Below are positions 28,593 through 38,425 of a stretch of DNA of 64,000 nucleotides, one piece after another. Position 1 is the first letter of the stretch, and each line of letters starts with the position of its first letter. This DNA comes from Labilithrix sp. Its GTDB lineage: Bacteria > Myxococcota_A > Polyangia > Polyangiales > Polyangiaceae. Location: assembly GCA_046351255.1 (NCBI GenBank), contig JAXLYU010000005.1:1274583-1338582 (forward strand), in the 5' to 3' direction. Position numbers and translations under genes: made by a program. Below the pieces are notes generated by a model that saw nothing but the letters and a program-made list of their open reading frames with translations, ran no database searches and was not told the origin of the DNA.

Positions 28593-29300
28593 TTGCATCG
28601 GCTGCTCGTCCTCCTGTCCGTGATTGTTTGCGTTCTGTTTGCGTCCTCGCGTGCGTCCGCCGCGCAGGGCGTGGCGGTGCTCGGGACGAACGGCGCGCGC
28701 GAGGACGCCTTCGCGCTCGCGCGAGCGGTCTACGTCACCTCGCTGCGGCCGAAGAAGCTCGACGAGGTGCGGGCGCGGGTCCTCGGCGGCGATCCGCCGC
28801 CGGAGGTGGCGACGAAGGAAGTGAAGGAGCTCGGGGACCTGCGCGCGGCGGTGAACGGCGAGGACGCCGCGAGCCGCCAGATCCTCGGCGGTATCGCCCG
28901 CCAGATCGACGTCCAGGCCATCCTGGTCGTCACGAAGGCGCCGCCGCCTGCGGATTCCGACGCGGGGGCGGGAACACCGGCGCAGGCTCGCCTGTTCGTC
29001 GCGGAACAGGGCGATTTCGACGCGGCGCGGTACGAATTCGACGGGAGCTGGCAGGCGACCGTGGCCTCCGTCTCCGCCCGCTTTCCCCAGGCACCGCCGC
29101 CTCCGGCGAACCCGGTCATCGTCGCCGCCCCGTCATTTCCCCGTCCTCCCGTCGACAAGAAGGAAGATCGACCGTTCTACAAGTCGCCCTGGCTCTGGGG
29201 CGCCATCGCCGGCGCCCTCCTCATCGGAGGCATTTTCTTCTTTGCTTCCCAGGACAAAAGCGACGACCCGATCCATGTTCGGATGAACGTTCCTCGCTAG
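28593..29300 (+). CDS. secreted protein with C-terminal TM anchor (hypothetical)
   Basis: Signal peptide MHRLLVLLSVIVCVLFASSRASA; Pro-rich C-terminal region; TM helix near the C-terminus. Confidence 0.65.
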   Translation: MHRLLVLLSVIVCVLFASSRASAAQGVAVLGTNGAREDAFALARAVYVTSLRPKKLDEVRARVLGGDPPPEVATKEVKELGDLRAAVNGEDAASRQILGGIARQIDVQAILVVTKAPPPADSDAGAGTPAQARLFVAEQGDFDAARYEFDGSWQATVASVSARFPQAPPPPANPVIVAAPSFPRPPVDKKEDRPFYKSPWLWGAIAGALLIGGIFFFASQDKSDDPIHVRMNVPR

Positions 29301-29340
29301 CCCGCCACCTCAGGCGGGCGGCGGCATCCTAAGAAACACC

Positions 29341-30510
29341 ATGTCCCGCCCGCTCCGCTTCCTCATCACGCTCACGCTCGCGCTCGTCGTGTTGCTCGGG
29401 CTGGATCGATGGGCGCGCGCGGCCGGCCCCGAGCTCGGACCGCTCCCAGGGACGGTGCAGGGGACTGCGCTCGAGGCGCCGCGCGACGAGCTCGTCGCGC
29501 ACGGCGCGCTTCCGCCGCTTCCTCCTCACTACGTGACGAAGGACCTCGGGTGGATGGAGCTGTCGTATCCGCCCGCCGCGAACGAGCGCGTCGAGTCGAT
29601 CCTCGCGAACGCGAACACGTGGAAGGCGCAGATCGACGATGCGTTCGCGCAGCCGGTGCTCTCCAAGGTGACGGTTCGCATCGCGCCGACGTTCGGTGAC
29701 ATGGCGCGCCTCGCGCCGGAAGACGCGCCTCCGCCGGGCTACGCGAGCGGCGTCGCCTATCACGGTCGCCACCTCGTTCTCCTCACGATGATGAGCCCGC
29801 GCGGCGCCGAGGCGACGGACCTCGACGAGACGCTTCGTCACGAGCTCGCGCACGTCGCGCTCGAAGACGCGGTCGGCGGCAAGCACGTGCCGGTGTGGTT
29901 CAACGAAGGCCTCGCGATCTGGCTCTCCGGCGAGGCGCCGTGGGCGCGCACGCAGATCCTCGCGCAGGCCACGATGCAGGATCGCCTGATCCCGCTCTCC
30001 GATCTCGATCGGAGCATGCCGCCGAACCCGTTCGAGGTGAACATCGCCTACGCGGAGAGCGCGGACTTCACCGCGTACCTCCTTCGCAAGTCGGATCGCC
30101 TCCGCTTCAACTCGATGATCGAGCGCGTGCGCGAGGGGCAGGGCTTCGACCGCGCGGTGGCGGAGGCGTACAACGCCGACCTCCGGAAGCTCGAGCTCGA
30201 GTGGCATCACAAGCTCGAACGAAACTACTCCGTCGTCCCCATTCTCCTCGGCGGCTCGCTGCTCTGGGTCGGTGTGATGGCCCTCGTCGTCGTTGCCTGG
30301 GCCAAGCGCCGCAAGCGCACGAAGGCGATCCTCGCGCGCTGGGAGCGCGAGGAGGCCCTCGAGGACGCGCGCCTCGCGAAGGCGGCCGCCGAGTCGATCC
30401 GTGCCGCCGCGGACGAAGCGGCCCGCAGCGGCTCGGACGTCGCCGCTCCCTCGATCATCAAGGTCACCCTCAAGACCGAGCAGAACGGCGACTTTCACAC
30501 GCTCCACTGA
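29341..30510 (+). CDS. gluzincin-like zinc metallopeptidase (HExxH...NEGLA), membrane-anchored
   Basis: Signal/anchor at the N-terminus. HELAH is followed about 18 residues later by NEGLA (M1-like gluzincin spacing), and there is a TM helix near residue 300. Confidence 0.75.
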   Translation: MSRPLRFLITLTLALVVLLGLDRWARAAGPELGPLPGTVQGTALEAPRDELVAHGALPPLPPHYVTKDLGWMELSYPPAANERVESILANANTWKAQIDDAFAQPVLSKVTVRIAPTFGDMARLAPEDAPPPGYASGVAYHGRHLVLLTMMSPRGAEATDLDETLRHELAHVALEDAVGGKHVPVWFNEGLAIWLSGEAPWARTQILAQATMQDRLIPLSDLDRSMPPNPFEVNIAYAESADFTAYLLRKSDRLRFNSMIERVREGQGFDRAVAEAYNADLRKLELEWHHKLERNYSVVPILLGGSLLWVGVMALVVVAWAKRRKRTKAILARWEREEALEDARLAKAAAESIRAAADEAARSGSDVAAPSIIKVTLKTEQNGDFHTLH

Positions 30511-30531
30511 GCGGCGAGCCTCGGGCGGGGG

Positions 30532-31305
30532 TCAGGGAAACGTGACCTCGCCCGAGCCGGCGTACTGGCGCGTCTGACCGCCGGCGGTGGTCGTCGCGGT
30601 GCCGTTGACGGTGAGGCTGCCGCCGGTCGCCTGGTGAGTCGTGCGGTCGAACGTCACGCGGTGGTACGTCGACCTCACGTCCCACGTGGACGAGTAGGCG
30701 TTCTGTCCGAGGTTCGTCGACGTGCTGCCCGACGACTGGACGAAGCCGTCGATCGAGGAGTCGGTCACGGTGAGATCGCAGTTCAGCGTGACGACCGTGT
30801 TCGTCGAGAGCGTGCCGCCGCCGAGGTTGTTGCCGCTGAAGGTGTATTTGAGGTCGCTACAGACGACGTGGCCGCCGCCCCACGAGTACGAGCCGTCGAT
30901 CGTGAACGACACCGAGCCGTTGTTGTTGGTCGCGCCGAACGAGCAGGCGTTGAAGGTGCAGCTCGTGGCGGTGCAGGAGCAGCCCGGGTCGCCGATGTCG
31001 AGCACGTGAATGCTCTCGGTGTCGAGGCCGAGGCCCTGCGCGACGCTTCGCGTGCCGGCCGCCGGCTGCGCGGAGAGGAGGCTCTGCGAGGACTGCGCGG
31101 CGGCGGAGAGCGCGCCGACCGAGGCCCCGTTCTCGGAGCCGTTCACGGTGGACGCGAGCGCAGTGATGGTGGCGGTGGCGCTCGACTTCGCCGCTGCGTT
31201 GTCGACGGTCGCGATCTCCGGCGCGGGTTTGTCCGCCTCGTCGTCGCCGCAAGCCACGACCGTAAGCGCCACGCCCATGCACACTGCAAGTTGCTTGATG
31301 TTCAT
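30532..31305 (-). CDS. lipoprotein (hypothetical, Ser/Thr/Gly-rich, Cys-containing)
   Basis: Lipobox LTVVAC; continuous high-GC3 frame. Confidence 0.7.
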   Translation of the reverse strand: MNIKQLAVCMGVALTVVACGDDEADKPAPEIATVDNAAAKSSATATITALASTVNGSENGASVGALSAAAQSSQSLLSAQPAAGTRSVAQGLGLDTESIHVLDIGDPGCSCTATSCTFNACSFGATNNNGSVSFTIDGSYSWGGGHVVCSDLKYTFSGNNLGGGTLSTNTVVTLNCDLTVTDSSIDGFVQSSGSTSTNLGQNAYSSTWDVRSTYHRVTFDRTTHQATGGSLTVNGTATTTAGGQTRQYAGSGEVTFP

Positions 31306-31348
31306 GGGGGGAGGACGACGCGTCGTCCCCGACCCTGACGGCAGCCCG

Positions 31349-32524
31349 CTACTTTGGGTAAATCGTGGGACATCCCGCGATGATACGGACGCTCAGCACG
31401 TCGCCGCTCTTCACGCGCGCGCAGGCATTGCCCACGAGCGTCACGGACTTGCCCGCGAGGGTCCATCCGTTGAGCGGCTCCTGGGGCAGGACGGCGTCGT
31501 CGATGTAGACGTTCACGAGCTTCGGGTCGGGCGGCGCTTCTCTGAGATCGAAGACGCAGGTACCGGTGATCTGCGCGGCGATCTTCTTGAGCGGGCCGAG
31601 GAGCTCCGCCGACGAGCCGCCGGAGACCGCGAAGTACTGGGTCGCGCTGCCGGTCTGGGGCTTGCCGCCAGCGACCGCCATCTGGTTCAAGAGCTGGGCA
31701 TAGACGGTGGTGCCGGGGAGGCCGACGACGTAGACCGGAACGCCGCGCGCGCCGAGCTTCTGGATCGCCTGGATGGTGGCCGGACCGTCGTTGCAGTTGC
31801 CGCCCGAGCCGTACGGAGACGCGCAGCAGTTCGTCGCGCTGCCGGGCGCGCAGTCCACGTTCTCGTCGCGGTAGTGCTCGATGTTGGGCTGGCACTGATC
31901 GACCGTGCACGATGCGCTCTCGTTGCAGTTCGGCCCGCCGTCGGTCGCGAGGATCACGAAGGCGCGTCCGGAGATGCCCTGCAGGTACTCGTCGACCTTG
32001 GTGAGCGTCGCGCTCGTGGGCGTGCCGCCGCCCGGGTAGAACGCGGTCGCGGCGATGAGCTTCTTCACGGTCGGTCCGTCGGCGGTGGATGACGGCGGAT
32101 CGCCGGCCGTGATCGGCAGCACCTCCACGCCGGGCGCGCACATGCCCGAGGAAGCGGGAAAGGCGGTCGCGCCGAAGTTCGCGCGCGGGCCGAGCGAGCG
32201 CATCACGCTGGCGACCGTCGAGCGGACCTGGAACCAGCGGTTGTCCTGGTTCATGCTGCCGGAGGCATCGAGCACGAAGTAGATCGTGGGGGGATCGATG
32301 TAGAGCGGCGCGTCCACGCACTCGCACGCGGTGCCGTCGTCCTTGACCCCGCAGCCCGGCGGCAGGACCGCGCCTGCGTCGTCCGTGTTGAAGAGCGTCT
32401 TTCCGCCGCCGCCGCCCGCCGGGGGCGAGTAGCTCTCCTCCGCCGCCTTCGGGCGCTCCGAGCCACACGCGGCGACGACCGCCAGCATCGCGAGTCCCGA
32501 AGACAAGGCCGGCGCGACCCGCAC
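31349..32524 (-). CDS. von Willebrand factor type A (VWA) domain lipoprotein
   Basis: Lipobox AVVAAC. MIDAS motif DASGSM (YFVLDASGSMNQ) with downstream T and D residues; Cys-rich segments. Confidence 0.8.
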   Translation of the reverse strand: MRVAPALSSGLAMLAVVAACGSERPKAAEESYSPPAGGGGGKTLFNTDDAGAVLPPGCGVKDDGTACECVDAPLYIDPPTIYFVLDASGSMNQDNRWFQVRSTVASVMRSLGPRANFGATAFPASSGMCAPGVEVLPITAGDPPSSTADGPTVKKLIAATAFYPGGGTPTSATLTKVDEYLQGISGRAFVILATDGGPNCNESASCTVDQCQPNIEHYRDENVDCAPGSATNCCASPYGSGGNCNDGPATIQAIQKLGARGVPVYVVGLPGTTVYAQLLNQMAVAGGKPQTGSATQYFAVSGGSSAELLGPLKKIAAQITGTCVFDLREAPPDPKLVNVYIDDAVLPQEPLNGWTLAGKSVTLVGNACARVKSGDVLSVRIIAGCPTIYPK

Positions 32525-32582
32525 CTCGAAAAGGTAGCAGGGAAGCTTCGACGGCGCCGATGGTTGTGCTGGTATCGGGAGG

Positions 32583-35528
32583 TTGGGCCGGGAATTTACG
32601 ATCGTGATGGATCGGTTTCGGCAGGCGCTTTTCGCGCTCGCTGCGCTCCTTTACGTGGCCGGCGTCCCGGGCAGCGTCCTCCGTGGGATCGCGGTCGAGC
32701 TCACCGCGCCGGAGGTCCCGAAGAGCATCCAGGGCCGCGACGGCATTCTCGACGTCATCGTGCGCGGCAAGGCGGAGGCCGGACCGCTCGCGGGCGCGCA
32801 CGTGCACGCGTTCGCGATCCTCGACGGCAAGGCGCACGCCGCGGGCGAGGCGGACACGGACGCGGATGGCCGCGCGACGCTGAAGGACCTCCCGATCGCG
32901 GAGCACTGGGTCGTCGCCGAGGCGCCCGGTCACGCGCGCGCCTCGCAGATGGTCGCGGTCGCCGCCGGCGCACGGCGGCTCGACCTCGAGCTGCCGCCGG
33001 AGCATCGCCTGGAAGTACAGGTCGCGACGGAGCGCGGCGAGCCGGTCGCGAACGCGGAGATCGAGACGCGCGGGCCGGATCCGTTCCCGGTCGGAGCGCG
33101 CACGGACTCGGAGGGGGTCGCGCACGTCGGTCGCCTCGGCGAGGGGCCGTATACCGTCGTCGCGCGCGCCCCCGGCTTCGAGGAGACGACGCGCCGGCGC
33201 GTGCAGGAAGGCGAGCGTCTCGTCATCGTGCTCGGCAAGCAGGGGGCGCTCCTCGTCGAGGTGGTGGACGAGGCGGGCGAGCGCGCGAACGCGAAGGTGT
33301 ACGTCGACTCCTCCGTGCTCGGCTCCGCGCGCGTGGCGGACGCGAAGGAAGGTCGCGTGCGCATCGCCGGGCTCGATCGCGGCAGCTATGCGCTCCGCGC
33401 CGTCAGCGGCACGAAGGTCTCGCCCATCGAGCTCGGCCTCGTCCTCGAGAAGGGCGAGGAGAAGCAGGTCACGCTCACGCTGCAGCAAGGCGTGATGGTG
33501 AGCGTCCACGTCACCGACGCGGCGACGGAGGACGACGTGCGCGATGCGCGCATCACGCTCGCGGAGGGCGGGCTCTCGCCGTTCCCGGTGGAAGGCGTGT
33601 CGGACAGGAAAGGTCATGCCTCGCTCGGGCCGATCCTGCGCGGCGAGGCGACGCTCTCCGCGCGCGCCGACGGCTACGTGCCGAAGTCCGCCATCGGGCT
33701 CGACGAGGAGGCGATGGCGAAGGAGATCCCGGTCGCCCTCGCGCGTGGCGGGGCGCTCGTCGGCAAGGTCACGGAGGCGAACGGCCGCGCCATCGACGGG
33801 GCCACCATCCGCGTGGTGGGCACGGACCTCGAGGGCATGCCCATCGACGAGGATCCGGCGCGCACGAACTTCCGCGAGGCGCACTTCGCCGCCAACCTCG
33901 CCGGTCCCTCGGCGCTGATCCCCGCGGGTGAGCTCGGCGTCATGCCAGGCCCCGTCCCCGCCATCCCGCACGGGCCGCACGTGAGCCTCGCCTTTGGCTC
34001 GCCCGTCCCGAGCACGAACGCGGCGCGCGCGGAGCCGTGGGTCACGTCGCACGCGGGCGAGTTCCGCGCCACGCCCATCCCGCCGGGGCGCGTGCGCGCG
34101 CTCGTGCATCATCCGCAGTTCGTCGACGCGATGAGCGAGGTCGTCCTCATCGAGTCCGACAAGGAGGCGAAGGTCGTCGTGGTGCTCCAGAAGGGCGGCA
34201 CGCTCGAGGGCAAGGTCGTCGACTCGAAGGGCCGCGGGATCGACGGCGCCCACGTCACCGCGCTCGCGACGCACGGGTCGCTCGAGCACCTCACGCGCAC
34301 CGGGAGCGATGGCTCGTTCGCGTTCGCGTCGATGCCGGACTCCATCGTGCTCCTCGTGTCGCGCGACGAGGACCCGACCGCGATCGTGGCGCGCCTCGAG
34401 GTGCAGGTGCCCGAGGGCGGGAAAAAGGACGTGCGCATCGTCATCCCCGAGCCGCGTCCTCCGCTCCCGGTCCGGGTCGTGGACCTCCGCGGCAGCGGCA
34501 TCGAGGCGGCGCAGGTCTCCGCGGTGTCGCTCGACGCGAGCGACGCGCTCCGCAACACGTCGTTCACGGATCCCCGCGGCGACACGCGAATCATGGGCGG
34601 AAAAGGCCTCGCGCTGCGCGTCGAGGTGCACGCGCCGGGGCGCGCGGGCCGCGTCCTCACCACGACGGCCGAAACGGAAGAGCTCAAGATCGAGCTCGCT
34701 CCAGCGGAGGGCGTGACGGGCGTGGTGATGACGAAGCGCCGCGAGCCGATCCCGAACGCAGAGGTGGCGCTCCAGACCGACTCCGGCACGCGTCACGCGC
34801 GAACGAACAAGGACGGCGTGTACTCGTTCGCGGAGGTCGCGCCCGGGCGCGCGCGCGTTCGCGTACGCGCCGCCGGGCGCGCGCCGGACGAGAAGGCGAT
34901 CGCGATCGAGGAGCGCGGCGGCCGGAAGCCCACCGAGGTGCCGCGCTTCGAGCTCGGCGAGGAGGGCATCGTCGAGGGCGTCATCGTGAACGATCGCGGG
35001 AACCCCATCCCCGGCGCGCGCGTGGCGAAGGACGCGGTGCCGACGTATCTGCCGGTCGGCGCCGCGCCGGTGGGGATGGCGGTCACGGACGGGAAGGGCC
35101 GCTTCAAGCTGACGGAGCTACCGGAGGGCGTGATCACGCTCGAGGCCTACGCGGCCGACATCGGGCGGACGCGGAAGAGCGACGTGCGCGTGAACGCGGG
35201 GCGCACCACGTCGGACGTGAAGATCGTGATCGTTCGCGGCGAGGCCTCGAGCAAGGAGCCGATCGCCACCGGCGGCGTGGCGGTGACGCTCGCCGACAAC
35301 GACAACGACGAGGTCTTCGTGATCGCCGTCTCGCAGGGCAGCGAGGCGGAGCGCGGCGGCGTGGCCGTGAACGACGTGCTCCTCGAGGTCGGTGGAAGAC
35401 CGGTGGGTACGATCGAGGAGGCCCGGGCGCGGCTCTCGGGCCCCGTCAGCGACGACGTCCTCATCAAGGTGCGCCGCGGCGAGCGAACGACGGTCCTCCG
35501 CGTCTCGCGCGAGGCGGTCCGCCGCTGA
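32583..35528 (+). CDS. large secreted protein with multiple carboxypeptidase-regulatory-like (Ig/transthyretin-like) repeats and C-terminal PDZ domain
   Basis: Repeated approx 80-aa modules (e.g. G.V.D..G.PI.GA.V.) and a C-terminal PDZ-like region (GGVAVTLADN...GVAVNDVLLEVGGRPVGTIEEA). Alternative start at 32607. Confidence 0.7.
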   Translation: MGREFTIVMDRFRQALFALAALLYVAGVPGSVLRGIAVELTAPEVPKSIQGRDGILDVIVRGKAEAGPLAGAHVHAFAILDGKAHAAGEADTDADGRATLKDLPIAEHWVVAEAPGHARASQMVAVAAGARRLDLELPPEHRLEVQVATERGEPVANAEIETRGPDPFPVGARTDSEGVAHVGRLGEGPYTVVARAPGFEETTRRRVQEGERLVIVLGKQGALLVEVVDEAGERANAKVYVDSSVLGSARVADAKEGRVRIAGLDRGSYALRAVSGTKVSPIELGLVLEKGEEKQVTLTLQQGVMVSVHVTDAATEDDVRDARITLAEGGLSPFPVEGVSDRKGHASLGPILRGEATLSARADGYVPKSAIGLDEEAMAKEIPVALARGGALVGKVTEANGRAIDGATIRVVGTDLEGMPIDEDPARTNFREAHFAANLAGPSALIPAGELGVMPGPVPAIPHGPHVSLAFGSPVPSTNAARAEPWVTSHAGEFRATPIPPGRVRALVHHPQFVDAMSEVVLIESDKEAKVVVVLQKGGTLEGKVVDSKGRGIDGAHVTALATHGSLEHLTRTGSDGSFAFASMPDSIVLLVSRDEDPTAIVARLEVQVPEGGKKDVRIVIPEPRPPLPVRVVDLRGSGIEAAQVSAVSLDASDALRNTSFTDPRGDTRIMGGKGLALRVEVHAPGRAGRVLTTTAETEELKIELAPAEGVTGVVMTKRREPIPNAEVALQTDSGTRHARTNKDGVYSFAEVAPGRARVRVRAAGRAPDEKAIAIEERGGRKPTEVPRFELGEEGIVEGVIVNDRGNPIPGARVAKDAVPTYLPVGAAPVGMAVTDGKGRFKLTELPEGVITLEAYAADIGRTRKSDVRVNAGRTTSDVKIVIVRGEASSKEPIATGGVAVTLADNDNDEVFVIAVSQGSEAERGGVAVNDVLLEVGGRPVGTIEEARARLSGPVSDDVLIKVRRGERTTVLRVSREAVRR

Positions 35529-35540
35529 CGTCGAGCCCGG

Positions 35541-35936
35541 CTAGCGCGGCTCGGGCGGGAGCTTCTTGAACCAGATCCGGCGCGTCTCGTCGATGCGCCA
35601 GACCATCGTGTCGCCCTTCTCGTTGAAGGTGAACGTCTCGGCGTTCGGGTCGCGGTCGGTGTGGATGACGAGCGTCGTCGCGTCTTCCTTGTCGATGGTG
35701 TAGGTCGACGTCTGGCTGCGTCCAGCGGGGGTCTGGATCGCGATCTTGTCGCCGATGGCGACGATCTCGGTGCTCGTGGCGAAGAGCTCTGCCTTCTGCG
35801 CCGAGGTGGGATCCACGCCTTCTGCGCGTACACCCTTCCATCGGCCTTCCAGCTTGGCCGAACCCCGCCTGCATCCGGCGAGGAGGAGGAGGAGGGTCGC
35901 CACGACGACGACCCGAGGCAGGACGAGCTTGCGCAT
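35541..35936 (-). CDS. small lipoprotein (hypothetical)
   Basis: Lipobox LLLLAGC; 131 aa. Confidence 0.7.
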   Translation of the reverse strand: MRKLVLPRVVVVATLLLLLAGCRRGSAKLEGRWKGVRAEGVDPTSAQKAELFATSTEIVAIGDKIAIQTPAGRSQTSTYTIDKEDATTLVIHTDRDPNAETFTFNEKGDTMVWRIDETRRIWFKKLPPEPR

Positions 35937-36011
35937 CGGCGCGTCGCGGAGAGTATCTCAGTTCGGCGAAACCGCGCGCGTGTTCCGTCGCCCTGAGATA
36001 AAGATTGGGCA

Positions 36012-37418
36012 GTGGTTGGCGCCGGCCTGCAGGATGCTTTCGGCCTCGCGGGCACGGTGCTCGAGGGGCAGTATCGCGTCGACCGCGTGGTCGGCGAGGG
36101 CGGGTTTGGCGTCGTCTACCGCGGCCAGCACCTCTCCCTGGACCAGCCGGTCGCGATCAAGGTCCTGAAGGGCCTCGACGGCGGCGATCCGAAGATCAAC
36201 GCGCTCATCCTCGAGAAATTCCGGGCCGAGGCGCGTCTCCTCTACACGTTATCCCAGACGTCTCTGAACATCGTTCGCGCCCTGCACTTCAGCGCGATCA
36301 CGACGCCCTCCGGAGCCTGGGCGCCGTTCATGGTCCTCGAGTGGCTCGAGGGCCAGCCGCTCGACGACGAGCTCGCCAGGCGCGGGGGCGGTCGCTCCGT
36401 GAAGGACGCGCTTCCCATCCTGACCGGGGTGGCGGAGGCGCTCTCGGTCGCGCACCGTCATCAGGTCGCGCACCGCGACATCAAGCCCGCGAATGTCTTC
36501 CTCGTGCACGGCCCCGAGGGCCAGCGCGTGAAGGTGCTCGACTTCGGCATCGCGAAGATCATGAAGGAGGGCGAGGCGGCGGGGACGAAGGGCACCTTCG
36601 CCTCGTTCACCTGGCTCTACGCCGCGCCCGAGCAGCTCGATCCGCGTCTCGGGCAGACCGGCCTGCCGACGGACGTCTATGCGTTCGGCCTCCTCGTCAC
36701 GGAGCTCCTCACGGGACGCCCGCCGATGGACGCGCCCGACGTGATCGGGATCATGCGCGCCGCGATGGACACGTCCCGGCGCCCCACGCCGCGCACGATG
36801 GGCGCCAACGTCACGGACGAGATCGAGGCGATCTGCCGGAAGGCGCTCGCCGTGAATCCCGGCGACCGTTACCCCTCCATCGTCGAGATGTGGACCGCGT
36901 TCTCCGCCGCCGCGAAGACGCGGAGCGCGACCACGATGCAGCGCGTGGTCGCGCCCCCCAGCGGAGCCGTGAACCCCGTGAATCCGCTCGCGGCCACGGG
37001 CGTCGCGGGGCCGATGCCGCCGTCGGGCGTCATGCCGCCCTCCGCGATCCCGCCTGGCTCCGGCGTCAATCCGATGGCTGCGACCGGCATGGCGCCGCCG
37101 TCGGCGGCGCAGTCCGCGCCCGCGAACATCGGCCGGCCGTCGCTGCCGTCGGCCGCGCAGTGGACCCCGCCACCGCCGACGCCGCCAGGCTACGGCGTGC
37201 CGCAGGGGTACGCCCCGCCGCAACCTCCGCCGCAGCAGTGGGGCCCGCCGCCGCCGCCCATGGGCATGCAACCGCAGCATCCGCAGTGGGTGCAGCGCCT
37301 GCCGATCCGCCCTCCGGAGTCGATGAGTCAGACGGCGGTCATCGTCATCCTGGTGCTCTTCGTGGTGCTCGTCTCCGGCAGCTGCGCCATGTGCAGCGCG
37401 TGCCTGCAGCTGATGTGA
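36012..37418 (+). CDS. Hanks-type serine/threonine protein kinase with Pro-rich linker and C-terminal TM
   Basis: Gly-rich loop GEGGFGVVY, VAIK, HRDIKPANVFL, DFGIAK and APE motifs are all present. A Pro/Gln-rich tail precedes the C-terminal hydrophobic helix. GTG start. Confidence 0.9.
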   Translation: MVGAGLQDAFGLAGTVLEGQYRVDRVVGEGGFGVVYRGQHLSLDQPVAIKVLKGLDGGDPKINALILEKFRAEARLLYTLSQTSLNIVRALHFSAITTPSGAWAPFMVLEWLEGQPLDDELARRGGGRSVKDALPILTGVAEALSVAHRHQVAHRDIKPANVFLVHGPEGQRVKVLDFGIAKIMKEGEAAGTKGTFASFTWLYAAPEQLDPRLGQTGLPTDVYAFGLLVTELLTGRPPMDAPDVIGIMRAAMDTSRRPTPRTMGANVTDEIEAICRKALAVNPGDRYPSIVEMWTAFSAAAKTRSATTMQRVVAPPSGAVNPVNPLAATGVAGPMPPSGVMPPSAIPPGSGVNPMAATGMAPPSAAQSAPANIGRPSLPSAAQWTPPPPTPPGYGVPQGYAPPQPPPQQWGPPPPPMGMQPQHPQWVQRLPIRPPESMSQTAVIVILVLFVVLVSGSCAMCSACLQLM

Positions 37419-37853
37419 TCAGCGTCCCGGCGAGAGCAGGACCTCGCGCATGTCCTCCGGGATCTTGAGGAGCCCGTGCTGCGCGTCGATGCACGCGAGG
37501 CGCGTGTGACCCTCGACGAGGAGGTGCTCGCCGCGCTTCACCCGGTACGCGAACTTGAACGACACCGAGCGGAGCTCCACGAGCGTGGCCTCGACCGTGA
37601 GCAGATCGTCGAACCTGGCGGGCGCCTTGTAGAGGAGGTTCGCCTCGACCACGGGGAGCTGCACCCCCTTGGCGGCCCAGTCCGCGTAGGTGACGCCGCG
37701 CGCGCGGAGCCACTCCACGCGGCCGGCCTCGAAATAGAGGAGATACGAGGAGTGATGGGCGATCCCCATCAGGTCCGTCTCCGCGAAGCGCACGCGAAGC
37801 TCCATGCTCGTGGTCGCACGGGCGGCGTCGATGGGCGGATAGATCGAGCTCAC
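37419..37853 (-). CDS. acyl-CoA thioesterase, 4HBT/YbgC-like hotdog fold
   Basis: RVRFAETDLMGIAHHSSYLLYFEAGR is typical of the 4HBT family. An alternative start lies at MELRV. Confidence 0.8.
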   Translation of the reverse strand: MSSIYPPIDAARATTSMELRVRFAETDLMGIAHHSSYLLYFEAGRVEWLRARGVTYADWAAKGVQLPVVEANLLYKAPARFDDLLTVEATLVELRSVSFKFAYRVKRGEHLLVEGHTRLACIDAQHGLLKIPEDMREVLLSPGR

Positions 37854-37911
37854 GGGCCGCGATTACCACAATTCGCCGCCCGTCCGGCGCTGCTAAGGTG
37901 AGACGTAGGTC

Positions 37912-38391
37912 ATGGCTGGTCGTCGGCTGCCCGTCCTCAACAACAACGCGCCGGAGGAGCCGGAGGAGGACGAGCGTCCGCCGTGGCACTGGGCGGGGTT
38001 CGGCGTCGTGGCGATCTTCTCCGCGTGGGTCCCGCTCTCGTACCTGGGCGGCGCGATCTCGAACAGGCTCATCGCCGGGGTGACCCCCGAGCAGATGCAG
38101 AATGCATCCGATCTGGAGCGCGCGAAGCTGATGCTCATGATCGGCCTGCCCACGCTCGTCGCGCTCGCGCTCGCGTCGTTCGGCGGCGGTTACATCGTGG
38201 GCCGCTTCGGCACGGGCCCCGGTCAGCGGATCGGGATGGTGAGCGGCGGCGTGGTGACCATCATCGCGGTGGCGCTCGCGCGCACGATCATGACGCCGAC
38301 GGTGCTCGCGATCTCCCTCGTGATCGTCGGGGCGGTCGCGGTGGGGTTTGCCGGACTGGGCGGTCGTGTAGGCGCGAAGCGTCGGACCTGA
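37912..38391 (+). CDS. small membrane protein (hypothetical)
   Basis: Three or four hydrophobic Gly/Ala-rich helices; high-GC3 frame. Confidence 0.55.
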   Translation: MAGRRLPVLNNNAPEEPEEDERPPWHWAGFGVVAIFSAWVPLSYLGGAISNRLIAGVTPEQMQNASDLERAKLMLMIGLPTLVALALASFGGGYIVGRFGTGPGQRIGMVSGGVVTIIAVALARTIMTPTVLAISLVIVGAVAVGFAGLGGRVGAKRRT

Positions 38392-38425
38392 ACGGTTCGA
38401 CGGAGACTCGTGGTACTTTTTCGCC

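Noticed and set aside
31302-34796. 1164-aa minus-strand ORF antisense to the VWA lipoprotein and carboxypeptidase-regulatory-repeat genes; also 34037..35569(+) and 35147..36055(-)
   Set aside because: Arg/His/Asp-rich with low GC3, and no start with a signal or domain.
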